64,000 nt of DNA from positions 384,001 to 448,000 of the forward strand of contig CAVOKF010000007.1 in assembly GCA_963696385.1 (NCBI GenBank), in the 5' to 3' direction. Shown piece by piece: positions 41,577-50,904 of this stretch. Below the pieces are notes generated by a model. The model made no database searches. It saw nothing but the letters and a program-made list of their open reading frames with translations, and was not told the origin of the DNA. Numbering within the stretch: position 1 is the stretch's first letter; every line of letters begins with the position of its first letter. The position numbers and the translations under genes were made by a program. Source of the DNA: an uncultured delta proteobacterium. Its GTDB lineage: Bacteria > Myxococcota_A > Polyangia > Polyangiales > Polyangiaceae.

Positions 41577-42518
41577 ATGACCGACGCGAAAGCCTTGGTG
41601 TCGGGAGCCACGGGTCTCATCGGCAGACATCTCATTGCACAGCTTCACGAACCTCGCGTGCTGGGACGCAACCCGGCCAGGGCACGGGAGCAGCTCGGCG
41701 TGAAGGACGCGCTCGCTTGGAGCGCGGAGCAGACGATCCCCGCAAGAGCTTTGGATGGAGTCGACGCCGTCTTTCATCTTGCGGGCGACCCCATCGCAGG
41801 TGGGCGTCTCACCGCTGCGAAGAAGCAGAACGTTCGGGACAGCCGCGTGCTTGGCACGCGAAATATGGTGGCGGCGATCCGTGACGCCGCCAGCAGACCC
41901 CGCGTCCTGGTGTGCGCGTCCGCCATCGGCTTCTATGGCTCGCGAGGCGATGACGAGCTGGTCGAGACGTCCGCTGCGGGGACCGGATTTCTCGCGGATC
42001 TCTGCCGGGACTGGGAGAAGGAGGCGCTCGCAGCGAGCGCACTGGGCGTGCGCGTCGTGTGCGCTCGGACGGGTGTCGTTCTCGCGCGGGAAGGCGGAGC
42101 ACTCACCTCGATGCAACCGGCATTTCAGCTCGGTTTGGGCGGTCCTTTGGGATCCGGGAAGCAGTGGATGAGCTGGATCCATATCGACGACGTCGTGGCT
42201 CTCCTTCTTCATGCCGCCGACCGAGCCAATGTGGAAGGCCCTCTCAATGTGTGTGCCCCTCACCCGTCGAGGAACATCGATTTCAGCCGCGCACTAGGTC
42301 GCGCGATGCACCGCCCGGCGTGGGTTCGCGCGCCCGCCGTGGCGCTCCGGATGGTCTTGGGAGACATGGCAGACGTCGTCATGGCCTCGCAGCGAGTGAT
42401 CCCGGCGAAAGCCGCCGCGACGGGCTACGCGTTTCGATTCGCCACCGTCGAGGAGGCCCTTGCCGATCTCCTCGGTTCTGGTCGTGCGGCAGCGAGCTCC
42501 GCGGAGGTCCGCCCATGA
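41577..42518 (+). CDS. TIGR01777-family NAD-dependent epimerase (YfcH-like)
   Basis: GATGLIG, HLAGDPI, ASAIGFYG, LGSGKQWMSWIHIDD, SQRVIP. Confidence 0.92.
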   Translation: MTDAKALVSGATGLIGRHLIAQLHEPRVLGRNPARAREQLGVKDALAWSAEQTIPARALDGVDAVFHLAGDPIAGGRLTAAKKQNVRDSRVLGTRNMVAAIRDAASRPRVLVCASAIGFYGSRGDDELVETSAAGTGFLADLCRDWEKEALAASALGVRVVCARTGVVLAREGGALTSMQPAFQLGLGGPLGSGKQWMSWIHIDDVVALLLHAADRANVEGPLNVCAPHPSRNIDFSRALGRAMHRPAWVRAPAVALRMVLGDMADVVMASQRVIPAKAAATGYAFRFATVEEALADLLGSGRAAASSAEVRP

Positions 42519-42525
42519 GACATGG

Positions 42526-43709
42526 TCAGGGGCCACTGTCCGGACCGAACACCAGTGCGGCGGCCTCTTGTGCGGCGAAGCCGCTTGCGTATTGCGCGAG
42601 ATAGGCGCTCGCCGCTCGCGCTGCAGCAGCGCGGTCTCCGGTCTGCGAGAGGATGCGGAAGCGGGCCACGTAAGCGTCTTGCGCGAGCGGAGACGCAGAA
42701 TAACGGCTGCAGAATTCATCCAAGAGGGTGACCGAGAGCGCCCGGTCGCCTCGGTCTCGAGCGTTCATCGCGTCCGAAAAAAGTGCATTCTGCTTCGCGA
42801 GCTCAGTGAGGCTTTGCTGGCCCCCGAACAATGTCCCGGCGTCGGTGGGCGGCGCCGGCTCTTTCGCCTGTTGCGCGGCGCGCGGCGCACGCCCATGGTC
42901 CGCAGATTCAGCCACGGCCTTGCTGTCGCCTGCGCTCCGCGATTCGGCGTCGGCGGCGGAATGGGCGGCCGACGAAGTCCACTCGGTTCCGGCATCCAGC
43001 AGCACTTCGCGATCGGCGTGCCGTACGCTCACCACGCCCTCGGTCACGACCACCCTGGTTCGCGTCATCTCGGACGGTTCCGATCTCGTAACTTCCACCG
43101 AAAAGGCCGTTCCGTGCACCGAGACCACCGCATTCGGGGTTCGGACCGCGAAAAAGTGACCCTTGGGCAGCTTGGGTACCCGCACGTGGATTACGCCGAG
43201 ATCGAGGGCCAACTCTTCCCGAGAAGGCCCTGTGTCCTTTGAATCGGGAAGGGCAAGAACGGTGTCAGGCCCCACGACGATCTCGACGCCGCTCACCAGC
43301 TGCAGGCGCGACGAGCTCGATTCGATCCGTTGGGACGTGCGAATCGACGCCCAACATCAAGCCACTCGAAGACGGAGCCGAAGCCACAATCTCCCCGCGG
43401 TGCCCGCTCGCGTGGGAGGCGCCAAACCGTGCAACCATGCGTGCGACAACGCCTTCGTTCGACGCCCGCGGATGAAGCAGCGTCGCCCCCGCCAAGACGA
43501 GGGCTGCGGCGGCCGCAACCGCGAACCCCCGCCGCATGAAAATCCGGCGGCGGTTCGAACGTCCAAGCGCGCTTGCGAGCACGGTCCGAGCGATGGCCGC
43601 GACAACGCGTGTCCTCGTCGCCTCCGACGGGACCGAGCCATCCTGGGGAAGGGGAAATCGCGCCCATTGCGCAAGGATTCTCAGGACGTTTGGGCGACTC
43701 AGGCAACAT
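42526..43709 (-). CDS. FecR-domain anti-sigma-like membrane protein with C-terminal TPR, frameshifted (near 43323, possibly also near 43680)
   Basis: TM AVAAAAALVLAG in one frame; FecR motif FAVRTPNAVVSVHGTAFSV...VTEGVVSV and a TPR-like tail in another. Confidence 0.75.
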
Positions 43710-44367
43710 CGTTCCCCTCCTCGTGCGCCTCGGCTCCCTTGAGTCGGCGGAGCAGCTCGCGTCTTCCGCGAACGAGTCGCGACTGCGCCGCGGACACGGA
43801 GACGCCGAGCATCACGGAGACTTCGGTCAGATCGTGACCCAGAACGTCGTGGAGCACGAGCACCATCGCTTTCTTGGGGCTCATCGCCGCGAGGTGCGTC
43901 TGAACGGCGCGGATTTGCTGTCGCGCACTCGCGTCTCGCTCGGCATTGCCCACGGCCGGCCGGTCGGCAACGTCCCACAGCTCCACCGGATCGAAGACGG
44001 CCCGCGAACGACGGCGGGCGCGCAGCGCGTTGAATGCCACGTGTGCCGCGATCGACGAGGCCCAAGTCGGCAGGCTGCATCCTCTGGAAAAACGTCCACG
44101 GACGAGCGTACTGACGATCTGCTCGAACGTGACCTGCACGAGGTCTTCGTGGTCGCACATTCGGCCACCCATGAGACGACGAAGGGTCGCGTGAACCACG
44201 GAGATCAATCGATCGTAAAGCTCTCGTGCTGCGCGAATGTCTCCCGACACGAGCGCGTCGATCAACGCGTCGTCCTGCAAGGGCTGCTGGGCCGGCGAAG
44301 ACGAAACAGGAGGTGCCAGCTTTAGCCAGCGATCCTCTGCCTTTACGATTCGATCGGATTGGCTCAC
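43699..44367 (-). CDS. ECF sigma-70 factor
   Basis: DHEDLVQVTF, PTWASSIA, VLVLHDVLG...AAQSRLVRGRREL; start uncertain. Confidence 0.88.
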   Translation of the reverse strand: MSQSDRIVKAEDRWLKLAPPVSSSPAQQPLQDDALIDALVSGDIRAARELYDRLISVVHATLRRLMGGRMCDHEDLVQVTFEQIVSTLVRGRFSRGCSLPTWASSIAAHVAFNALRARRRSRAVFDPVELWDVADRPAVGNAERDASARQQIRAVQTHLAAMSPKKAMVLVLHDVLGHDLTEVSVMLGVSVSAAQSRLVRGRRELLRRLKGAEAHEEGNDVA

Positions 44368-44500
44368 CAAATAATCTCGGCCTTCGCTTTCGGTTGGTAC
44401 CCGCTCGACCGTCCGGCAGGCATTTCGGCGCGGGTCGCACCCCGCGAAGGGAATGTCGGTTCGAGTGCGCTCCGGTTGCGGCCGGCACGCTGCCGCTCGT

Positions 44501-45475
44501 TCAGGGCCAGGCCATGCGGAAGCCGGCTGCGGCGTCGAGCTCCAGGGCCGGAATGCGCGCGACAACTTGGTCGTGGACCGTAACGTCCGTGGCCCCTAGC
44601 GTTTCCATTACGCCCACTCCAGCTACGACACCCACGGCGCGAGACCACATCCACGAAGCATCCAGGAACTCGCCGAGCCCCGCCACCCAGCGCTGGCCGC
44701 TTGCGCGGACTCCGGTTGCGGGATCCGTGGCGGTTGCGTCAATGAGCTCCGCGAGCGCCTGGCCGCGAGCCGCGAACTCGACCCCGCCGGGCAGGCGGAA
44801 AAGGGCGAGACCGGCCCCCGCCGCAGCACTCGGACGCACGATGGCGAGACCGTCGAGAGCCATCCCGGCGAAGGAGCATCGGACGGCGCCAAAAAGAAAC
44901 AGCCGATCGCGGTGAATCTTCGACGAAAAGCGGAGCTCTCCGCCCAAGGAGGGCGGCAGTCCCTGCGTCCCCCCGATCACCGTGAACTGCGCGTCGATCC
45001 ACGGGCGGGCCGCGGGCCCTTGGTTCGGCCGCTCGACCTCGTCGGCTGCGGCGGACGCCGTCGCGTTGGCCTTGGAAGGTTCGCGCTGCGCGGTGACCTG
45101 GTACGCGACCGTTTCGCCGACCGTCGTGGCGATGGCGAAACCGACCGTTCGCCATCGCTCGCCAACGGGATCCGTGGGCGAGAACGAAAGAAACCGCGTA
45201 GCCCATTGCGGCCGCCCACGCATGCGCAACCCCACATCGATGCGGGCGTAGGAATCCGTCGTGGTCTCCCACTTCACGATCGCGATCGCGCTGCGTGCGT
45301 CATCGAGAGCCTCGCCGCCAAACACACACCGGCCCGCGTGCATCGCGACGTTGCACGCATCGAGCATGGATCGTGCCTCGGCAGACGATTCGTCCGCGGG
45401 CGCGATCTCGACCACCACCGTGGTGGTCATCGAATCCACGGTGAGCTCGGCTGCGACCGTTTTGCTGCGGCGCAT
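44501..45475 (-). CDS. Hypothetical protein with C-terminal beta-barrel-like region
   Basis: Coding-like ORF upstream of the ECF/FecR pair, with amphipathic strands; start uncertain. Confidence 0.55.
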   Translation of the reverse strand: MRRSKTVAAELTVDSMTTTVVVEIAPADESSAEARSMLDACNVAMHAGRCVFGGEALDDARSAIAIVKWETTTDSYARIDVGLRMRGRPQWATRFLSFSPTDPVGERWRTVGFAIATTVGETVAYQVTAQREPSKANATASAAADEVERPNQGPAARPWIDAQFTVIGGTQGLPPSLGGELRFSSKIHRDRLFLFGAVRCSFAGMALDGLAIVRPSAAAGAGLALFRLPGGVEFAARGQALAELIDATATDPATGVRASGQRWVAGLGEFLDASWMWSRAVGVVAGVGVMETLGATDVTVHDQVVARIPALELDAAAGFRMAWP

Positions 45476-45606
45476 TCTGCCTCCTGCCTGGCGATCGTCA
45501 GTCCGGTTACCAATGCAAGTCGGTACATCGCCAAACCTGACCTCTGGGACCTCATCCGTCATCCTCGCCGAACCAGCCACTCGATCACAGCACGGGAGAT
45601 GGCTTC

Positions 45607-47433
45607 GTGAAGCTCCTGCAGAAAGTTTCGCGCCAGCGGTCAACCGTCGCGGTCGCACCCAGCGCCGCGCACGCAAGCAGCTGCCTCATCATGATCTCAC
45701 TATTGTCGTGCACGCCAGGTCAGATCGCACTATTCCCCGACGCAGGCACCGTCCAGTCGTTGAGCGACGGCAGTGCGGTGGCCGACGGCGGCACAGCGGA
45801 CGGCGGCGGCGGCGCGCTGCCCCCTGCCCATACGATGGCCGACTGCGATACCTTGGCTGCGGGCGACGCCGAGCTCGTTCTGCCGCTGAGCCAAACAAAG
45901 GTTACCAAGCCGGTGTGGCCCGCCCCGCCCACCAACGCGGCGTGCATCCTGCTGGCGGCCGCATCGACGCCCGATGAGGCCCAAACGACCGCCGACACGA
46001 TCCGGATCGCCGCAGCGCTGGCCAATCCATCCTGTCCGGTCGTGGAGCTCGTCGCCAGCGGGTCGAACACGGCGTTCATCTCGGGCCCCCTCGATATCGT
46101 CGGCCCGGAGGTCCTCTGGATTGACACGGGCGTCACGCTGTACGCATCGGTCAACGCGGACCTGTTCGCATTCAGTGGCCGCAAGTCTTGCGGGGCTCAA
46201 AGTTTCGATGAGGATTGCGTCACGACCGACGGGACCCAATGCACCGCGCTCATCAACATGACCGGCGCCGGGCCACAGCTCGTGGGGGGCGGCACGATCG
46301 ATGGCCAAGGGGGCAGACCCATCATCGTCGGGGGGGTTCAGCAGACCTACTCGTGGTGGGACCTGTCGGTCGCCGTGACCCACGACGACGACCCGGACGC
46401 GGGCGTCAATCCGACGAACTGCGCGAGCACGCCGCCCTTGCAGCGGGGGGGCAGCGCTCCAAATCCCCAGCTCATCATAGGCGGTGCGACCAGCACCGGC
46501 AGTTCCGACGACCAGACCGCCCAGTTGGTGATCATGGGACTGACTTTGCACAACTCACCCAAATTCCATGTCAAGTTTGCGAGTCAAGGCTTCACGATCT
46601 GGGGCAACACGATCCTCACGCCGTCGGACCCGTCGGTTCCACCGGTCCGTGCACCCAACACGGACGGCATCGACCCCGGCGAGGGGTACATGGCCACCGG
46701 CGGAGCGGTTGTCTGCAACATGATCAGCACGGGCGACGACGACATCGGTCTCAAGGGACATTACGGTGTCGGCAACGTCGTCGTCGCGCACAATCACTTT
46801 GGCTCCGGCCACGGCATCGCGATCGGCAGCGAGACCCAGGGCATTCCGGGGCTCACGCCGATCGATACGGCGAGCAGCACCACGACGGGGATCGGAATTC
46901 AGGACGTCGACATCTATGACATCACGGTCGATGGCGACACCCGGTCGACCGGCGACGCCCCCGGATCAGACCTCAATGGCGTGCGTCTGAAGTCCGATAC
47001 GTCCAGCGGTGGAATCGTGCAAAGCACCGTATTTCACGACATCTGCACGCGCGACGTCGTGAATCCGCTCATCATCACTCCCCACTATTCGGCCCAGACG
47101 GCGACGCCCCCCCTCATCCCTTACTTCAAGGATATCCGGGTCACGAACCTGGCAGCAGTCCTGGGGTCGATGCCGGACGGCCCTATCGTGCCCGTCGTGA
47201 CGCTGCAGGGGTACGATTCAGCCCACCCGACGAACGTCACGCTGAACAACGTCCTCATCGAAGCCATCACGCCGGCCAATGTGGTCGCCGACCCCGATAC
47301 GCCGAACGTGACGTTGAATGTGACATTTGCCGGACAGGGCGCAAACTTCGCAGTCCCACCGGAAGTGACCGAAGCGGGCAGCCCCGCGGGAATCGCATGC
47401 GATTGGGGCTGGCCCGTGCCCCGGCCGCAGTGA
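45607..47433 (+). CDS. GH28 polygalacturonase-family protein (probable lipoprotein)
   Basis: All four GH28 motifs: NTDG, GDDD, GHG, RLKS; also GTIDGQG. Confidence 0.88.
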   Translation: MKLLQKVSRQRSTVAVAPSAAHASSCLIMISLLSCTPGQIALFPDAGTVQSLSDGSAVADGGTADGGGGALPPAHTMADCDTLAAGDAELVLPLSQTKVTKPVWPAPPTNAACILLAAASTPDEAQTTADTIRIAAALANPSCPVVELVASGSNTAFISGPLDIVGPEVLWIDTGVTLYASVNADLFAFSGRKSCGAQSFDEDCVTTDGTQCTALINMTGAGPQLVGGGTIDGQGGRPIIVGGVQQTYSWWDLSVAVTHDDDPDAGVNPTNCASTPPLQRGGSAPNPQLIIGGATSTGSSDDQTAQLVIMGLTLHNSPKFHVKFASQGFTIWGNTILTPSDPSVPPVRAPNTDGIDPGEGYMATGGAVVCNMISTGDDDIGLKGHYGVGNVVVAHNHFGSGHGIAIGSETQGIPGLTPIDTASSTTTGIGIQDVDIYDITVDGDTRSTGDAPGSDLNGVRLKSDTSSGGIVQSTVFHDICTRDVVNPLIITPHYSAQTATPPLIPYFKDIRVTNLAAVLGSMPDGPIVPVVTLQGYDSAHPTNVTLNNVLIEAITPANVVADPDTPNVTLNVTFAGQGANFAVPPEVTEAGSPAGIACDWGWPVPRPQ

Positions 47434-47611
47434 GACGACCATGAGTGGGCGAAAGGGATCATTCCGCGCGGCCGCCGCGCCCGGTCCGGTCGGACCGCGG
47501 CAACGCGGGGGACTGCCGGCAGCGCTTGCGCCGCCCGACGCGGCGCCAGACTTCGAACAAGCCGAGCGCTCTGCGCTGTCAGGCGCACATCCACTGCCGG
47601 AGAGACGAGCC

Positions 47612-49222
47612 ATGCCGCGAACACGCCCTGTATTTCGCCGCCAAATTCTGCGCATTCCGTGGATCGCGTGTGCGACGTTGGTCAGCCACTGCGCCCCTCA
47701 GGAGCATGCGGGCCCGAGCGTGGACAGCACCCAAGCGGAGGGCGGATTCGGCTCGCCGCCGTCGTCGCCCACCCTCGGCGCCGCAGGCAACGACAACCCA
47801 ACGGGCGAAGGCGGCAGCCTCGGTGCCACCCCACCCGCAGCTTGCGTGGGCAACGGGTGCCTGATCGATGCATGCGACGGTGGGGCCACAACGACGGTGA
47901 CGGCGAAAGTGTACGACCCGGCGGGTAAAGTGCCGCTTTACAACGTGGCCGTCTACGTCCCGAGCACGGCGCTGGATCCCATCGCGACCGGACCGACGTG
48001 CGACAACTGCGCGACCCCGGTTTCGGGTACCCCCGTCGCTTCCGCCCTTACGGACGCGACCGGCCAGTTCGTGATGACCGGCGTCCCGGCGGGCGCCGCG
48101 GTTCCTCTCGTCATCCAAGTCGGCAAATGGCGACGCGTCATCTCGTTGCCCGAGGTCAAGGCTTGTCAAAACAACACATTCGATGACCCCACCCTGTTTC
48201 GTTTGCCTCAAAACCAGATGGACGGTCAGAACGCCAATCTCCCGAAAATCGCGCTCGCCGTCGGCGGCGCGGACACGCTCGAGTGTTTGCTCCGGCGCAT
48301 CGGCATTTCCGACTCCGAGTTCACCGACCCCAGCGGCACCGGGCGAGTCAACCTGTTCGTGGACGACATCGCGGGCACGGCCGGCGTCGACACGCCCACC
48401 TCGTCGTATTCGGATGGCGGAGCGACCTTCCCGCCCTTCTCCGAGCTCTTCGCGGGCGTCGACTCCGCCTCGGACGGAGGCTTCGTCGACAGTGGAGTCG
48501 ATCCCTTGTCGAGCTACGACATCGTCGTCATCGCTTGCCAAGGCAGCGAGTCGGCTGGACGCGCGGTGACGAGCGCCGAGAAGCAGGGCTTGAAGGCGTT
48601 CGTCGACCACGGGGGGCGCGGATTCTTGTCGCATTACAACTACAGCTGGCTGCGCGGCGGGTCGATCGTGGGCAAAGTGGACGTTCAGCCGTCCGCCGAA
48701 GGCTCGGCGATCGACCTGCAGACGAAGTACAGCCAGACCCCCTTCCCACCCATCGCCGTTTGGGAAGATCCGGTCGCACTCACGTATGCGCCCGGCGGCG
48801 ACGGCACCTACCTGATCGACACGACGTTTCCGCGCGGCCTGCAGATGTCGAATTGGCTCTTCAACGTCGGCGCGTCGGCCGTAGCGGGGAGCATTTCCCT
48901 CGTGAACGTCAAGGACCCGGCGACATCGGTGATCGCAGGGGTCGCCGAAGGTTGGATTTATCAGAACACCGCGGGGACGCCCTACCTCTCCGCCAATACT
49001 CCCATCGAGGAAGCGGCGACACCCGCTCAGCAATGCGGGCGCATCGTCCAGACCGGCATTCACGTCGCTTCCGTATCGGCCGATACCCACACCGCATTCC
49101 CGAGCGGCTGCGCGACGGGCGACCTCACGGCCCAGGAGAAGGCGCTCGAGTTTCTCCTGTTCGACCTGTCGTCGTGTGTAGCGGACGAGAGCGTGGCTCC
49201 GACCCCACCGATCATCCGGTAA
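47612..49222 (+). CDS. Myxobacterial secreted protein with carboxypeptidase-regulatory-like domain
   Basis: VYDPAGKVPLYNVAVYVP, PLVIQVGKWRR, DTLECLLRRIGI, QEKALEFLLFDLSSC. Confidence 0.75.
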   Translation: MPRTRPVFRRQILRIPWIACATLVSHCAPQEHAGPSVDSTQAEGGFGSPPSSPTLGAAGNDNPTGEGGSLGATPPAACVGNGCLIDACDGGATTTVTAKVYDPAGKVPLYNVAVYVPSTALDPIATGPTCDNCATPVSGTPVASALTDATGQFVMTGVPAGAAVPLVIQVGKWRRVISLPEVKACQNNTFDDPTLFRLPQNQMDGQNANLPKIALAVGGADTLECLLRRIGISDSEFTDPSGTGRVNLFVDDIAGTAGVDTPTSSYSDGGATFPPFSELFAGVDSASDGGFVDSGVDPLSSYDIVVIACQGSESAGRAVTSAEKQGLKAFVDHGGRGFLSHYNYSWLRGGSIVGKVDVQPSAEGSAIDLQTKYSQTPFPPIAVWEDPVALTYAPGGDGTYLIDTTFPRGLQMSNWLFNVGASAVAGSISLVNVKDPATSVIAGVAEGWIYQNTAGTPYLSANTPIEEAATPAQQCGRIVQTGIHVASVSADTHTAFPSGCATGDLTAQEKALEFLLFDLSSCVADESVAPTPPIIR

Positions 49223-49358
49223 CCGGGGCGGCGTTCGATTCGCCGCGCAGGACGAGGGTTCTCGTTCGTTCTACGTGTCGGAAGCGGTCGACCCCGACCC
49301 AACGGCGTTTTCCGAAGACGCTTGTGGTCCGGAGGTCCTCTTAGCAGCCGCTTACGCA

Positions 49359-49394
49359 TGCAACGCAACGTGCAACGCAACGTGCAGCGCAATA
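49359..49394 (+). promoter_or_regulatory. 3x12-bp tandem repeat (TGCAACGCAACG), putative bEBP enhancer
   Basis: tgcaacgcaacg tgcaacgcaacg tgcagcgcaata; a second copy at 56846-56881. Confidence 0.7.
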
Positions 49395-49451
49395 CCCGCG
49401 CTCGATGGCCGGTATGAAGGCACAAAGCCGCGGCTTCGACGCCTCCCTCAT

Positions 49452-49467
49452 TGGCACACGACGTGCT
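49452..49467 (+). promoter_or_regulatory. sigma54 promoter TGGCACACGACGTGCT
   Basis: TGGCAC start, GG-N10-GC; 15/16 identical to 56940-56955. Confidence 0.8.
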
Positions 49468-49704
49468 CCTGCGATCTCCTGCCTGCTCAACCGCAGTACT
49501 TACGCCGGCAAGGAGGTAACGTGGCGCTGACTCTGAGTACGTGTAGCCGCTCACGACGAGTGCGACTCTGAGTAATCGCAGCGGAAAGAGAACGAGACGG
49601 AGAGAGCGATCGCCATAGGCATGCGTCTGCAGCGCAAGTGATGAAACTGCGCCGACACCCTATTGGCGACTTCGCACTGACGAGAACTGATAAGGAGGAC
49701 TCTC

Positions 49705-50637
49705 ATGAACAAGAGCTTTTATGTGGCGAGTGTCGTGATATTTGGAGCCGCTCTCCTTTCGGCCGAAGCGTCTGCCCAGGCCCAAGTCCAATGGACCAAC
49801 TATAACGGACCCGAGGATTGGCTTATTTCCATCGCCGTCGGGGAGGGAGGTTTTTTTGAACGCGGCGCCGCCACATTGTGGGCCGCTGGCGATAATGGTA
49901 TTTACGAATCGGTGGTTTCTCAGGGCACATGGAGCACGTTTGCGCCCAACTTCGTCGCGCTTCAGATCGCGGCGGATACTTCGGGTGGCGTATATGCTAT
50001 TAGCGAAAGTGGCACCATTTGGAGGACGGTAGTCGTCCAGACCCATTCTGGCAAATTTCCAGTATTGAGTTACGCGTTTGAACAGGTGCCGAACAGCACT
50101 ATTCCTCCGGGGCCGAACGGTGGGAGCACATGCACGTCGATTCCGAAGGATATCGCCATTTACGACGGTGGCTCGCCGGGGCCAACCATCTACGTAGTCG
50201 CGTGCAATCAAATATGGAGCTGGGCGCAAAATACAGGACAATGGGGCGTCGTCGGCTTCAGGAACGAAACAGCAGCGGCCGTTGCGGCAGGAGAAAACTC
50301 AGAGCTCCCGTGGGTTGTCGACACAGCCTTCCATACGTGGGCGGTCGACGGCGCACCGGTTGCAGGAAACCCCAACGAGGTCATCCAAAATTATGGGCAT
50401 TCGCTAGCGATATTCGGGACGGGCACTCAAAATACTGTGGCTTTTGGCATCACGGGCGGGGTCTTTGAAAGTGGTAATTATCAAGTTTGTGAATGGAACG
50501 GCTCGTGGACGTGCCCGGTGGGGGGAAGCTGGAGCCAGCCAACGGCGGGAGGCTGGGGTACCAGCATCTCCGCGTCGGGTAACATGGTCGCAGTACTGAA
50601 TGCGCAAAACGAGATCTGGATCGATACCGGCGACTAA
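49705..50637 (+). CDS. Secreted tectonin/lectin-like beta-propeller protein, lower GC
   Basis: TAAGGAGG RBS, signal peptide ASA-Q, repeats of the type IAV/IAA...W/Y..., Trp-rich; fold inferred. Confidence 0.7.
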   Translation: MNKSFYVASVVIFGAALLSAEASAQAQVQWTNYNGPEDWLISIAVGEGGFFERGAATLWAAGDNGIYESVVSQGTWSTFAPNFVALQIAADTSGGVYAISESGTIWRTVVVQTHSGKFPVLSYAFEQVPNSTIPPGPNGGSTCTSIPKDIAIYDGGSPGPTIYVVACNQIWSWAQNTGQWGVVGFRNETAAAVAAGENSELPWVVDTAFHTWAVDGAPVAGNPNEVIQNYGHSLAIFGTGTQNTVAFGITGGVFESGNYQVCEWNGSWTCPVGGSWSQPTAGGWGTSISASGNMVAVLNAQNEIWIDTGD

Positions 50638-50769
50638 CGGCTCAGGTGGGCGTCCGCGCGTATCAAGAAGCATGGTGTCGGGGATCCGCCATTGCCGACC
50701 GGGAGTCGCATGCGCGACGTTGCACGCGCATGCGGCGCGGCCGGACGGGGATGCTGTGCAAGACGCGAG

Positions 50770-50843
50770 CGACTGGCCACCAGGTGCCTCGGCGTGGCGA
50801 GTACGTCCGCATACGTCGCGTGGCTTTTCGCCGGGTCGCCCAT
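50770..50843 (-). pseudogene. N-terminal remnant of a Uma2-family endonuclease gene
   Basis: MGDPAKSHATYADVLATPRHLVA, then the similarity ends. Confidence 0.6.
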
Positions 50844-50904
50844 GGCTCACCTTAGCACGCGAGCTCGGCGCCGAGAGCGTCATCAACAGCGAGAACGGGA
50901 CTCG

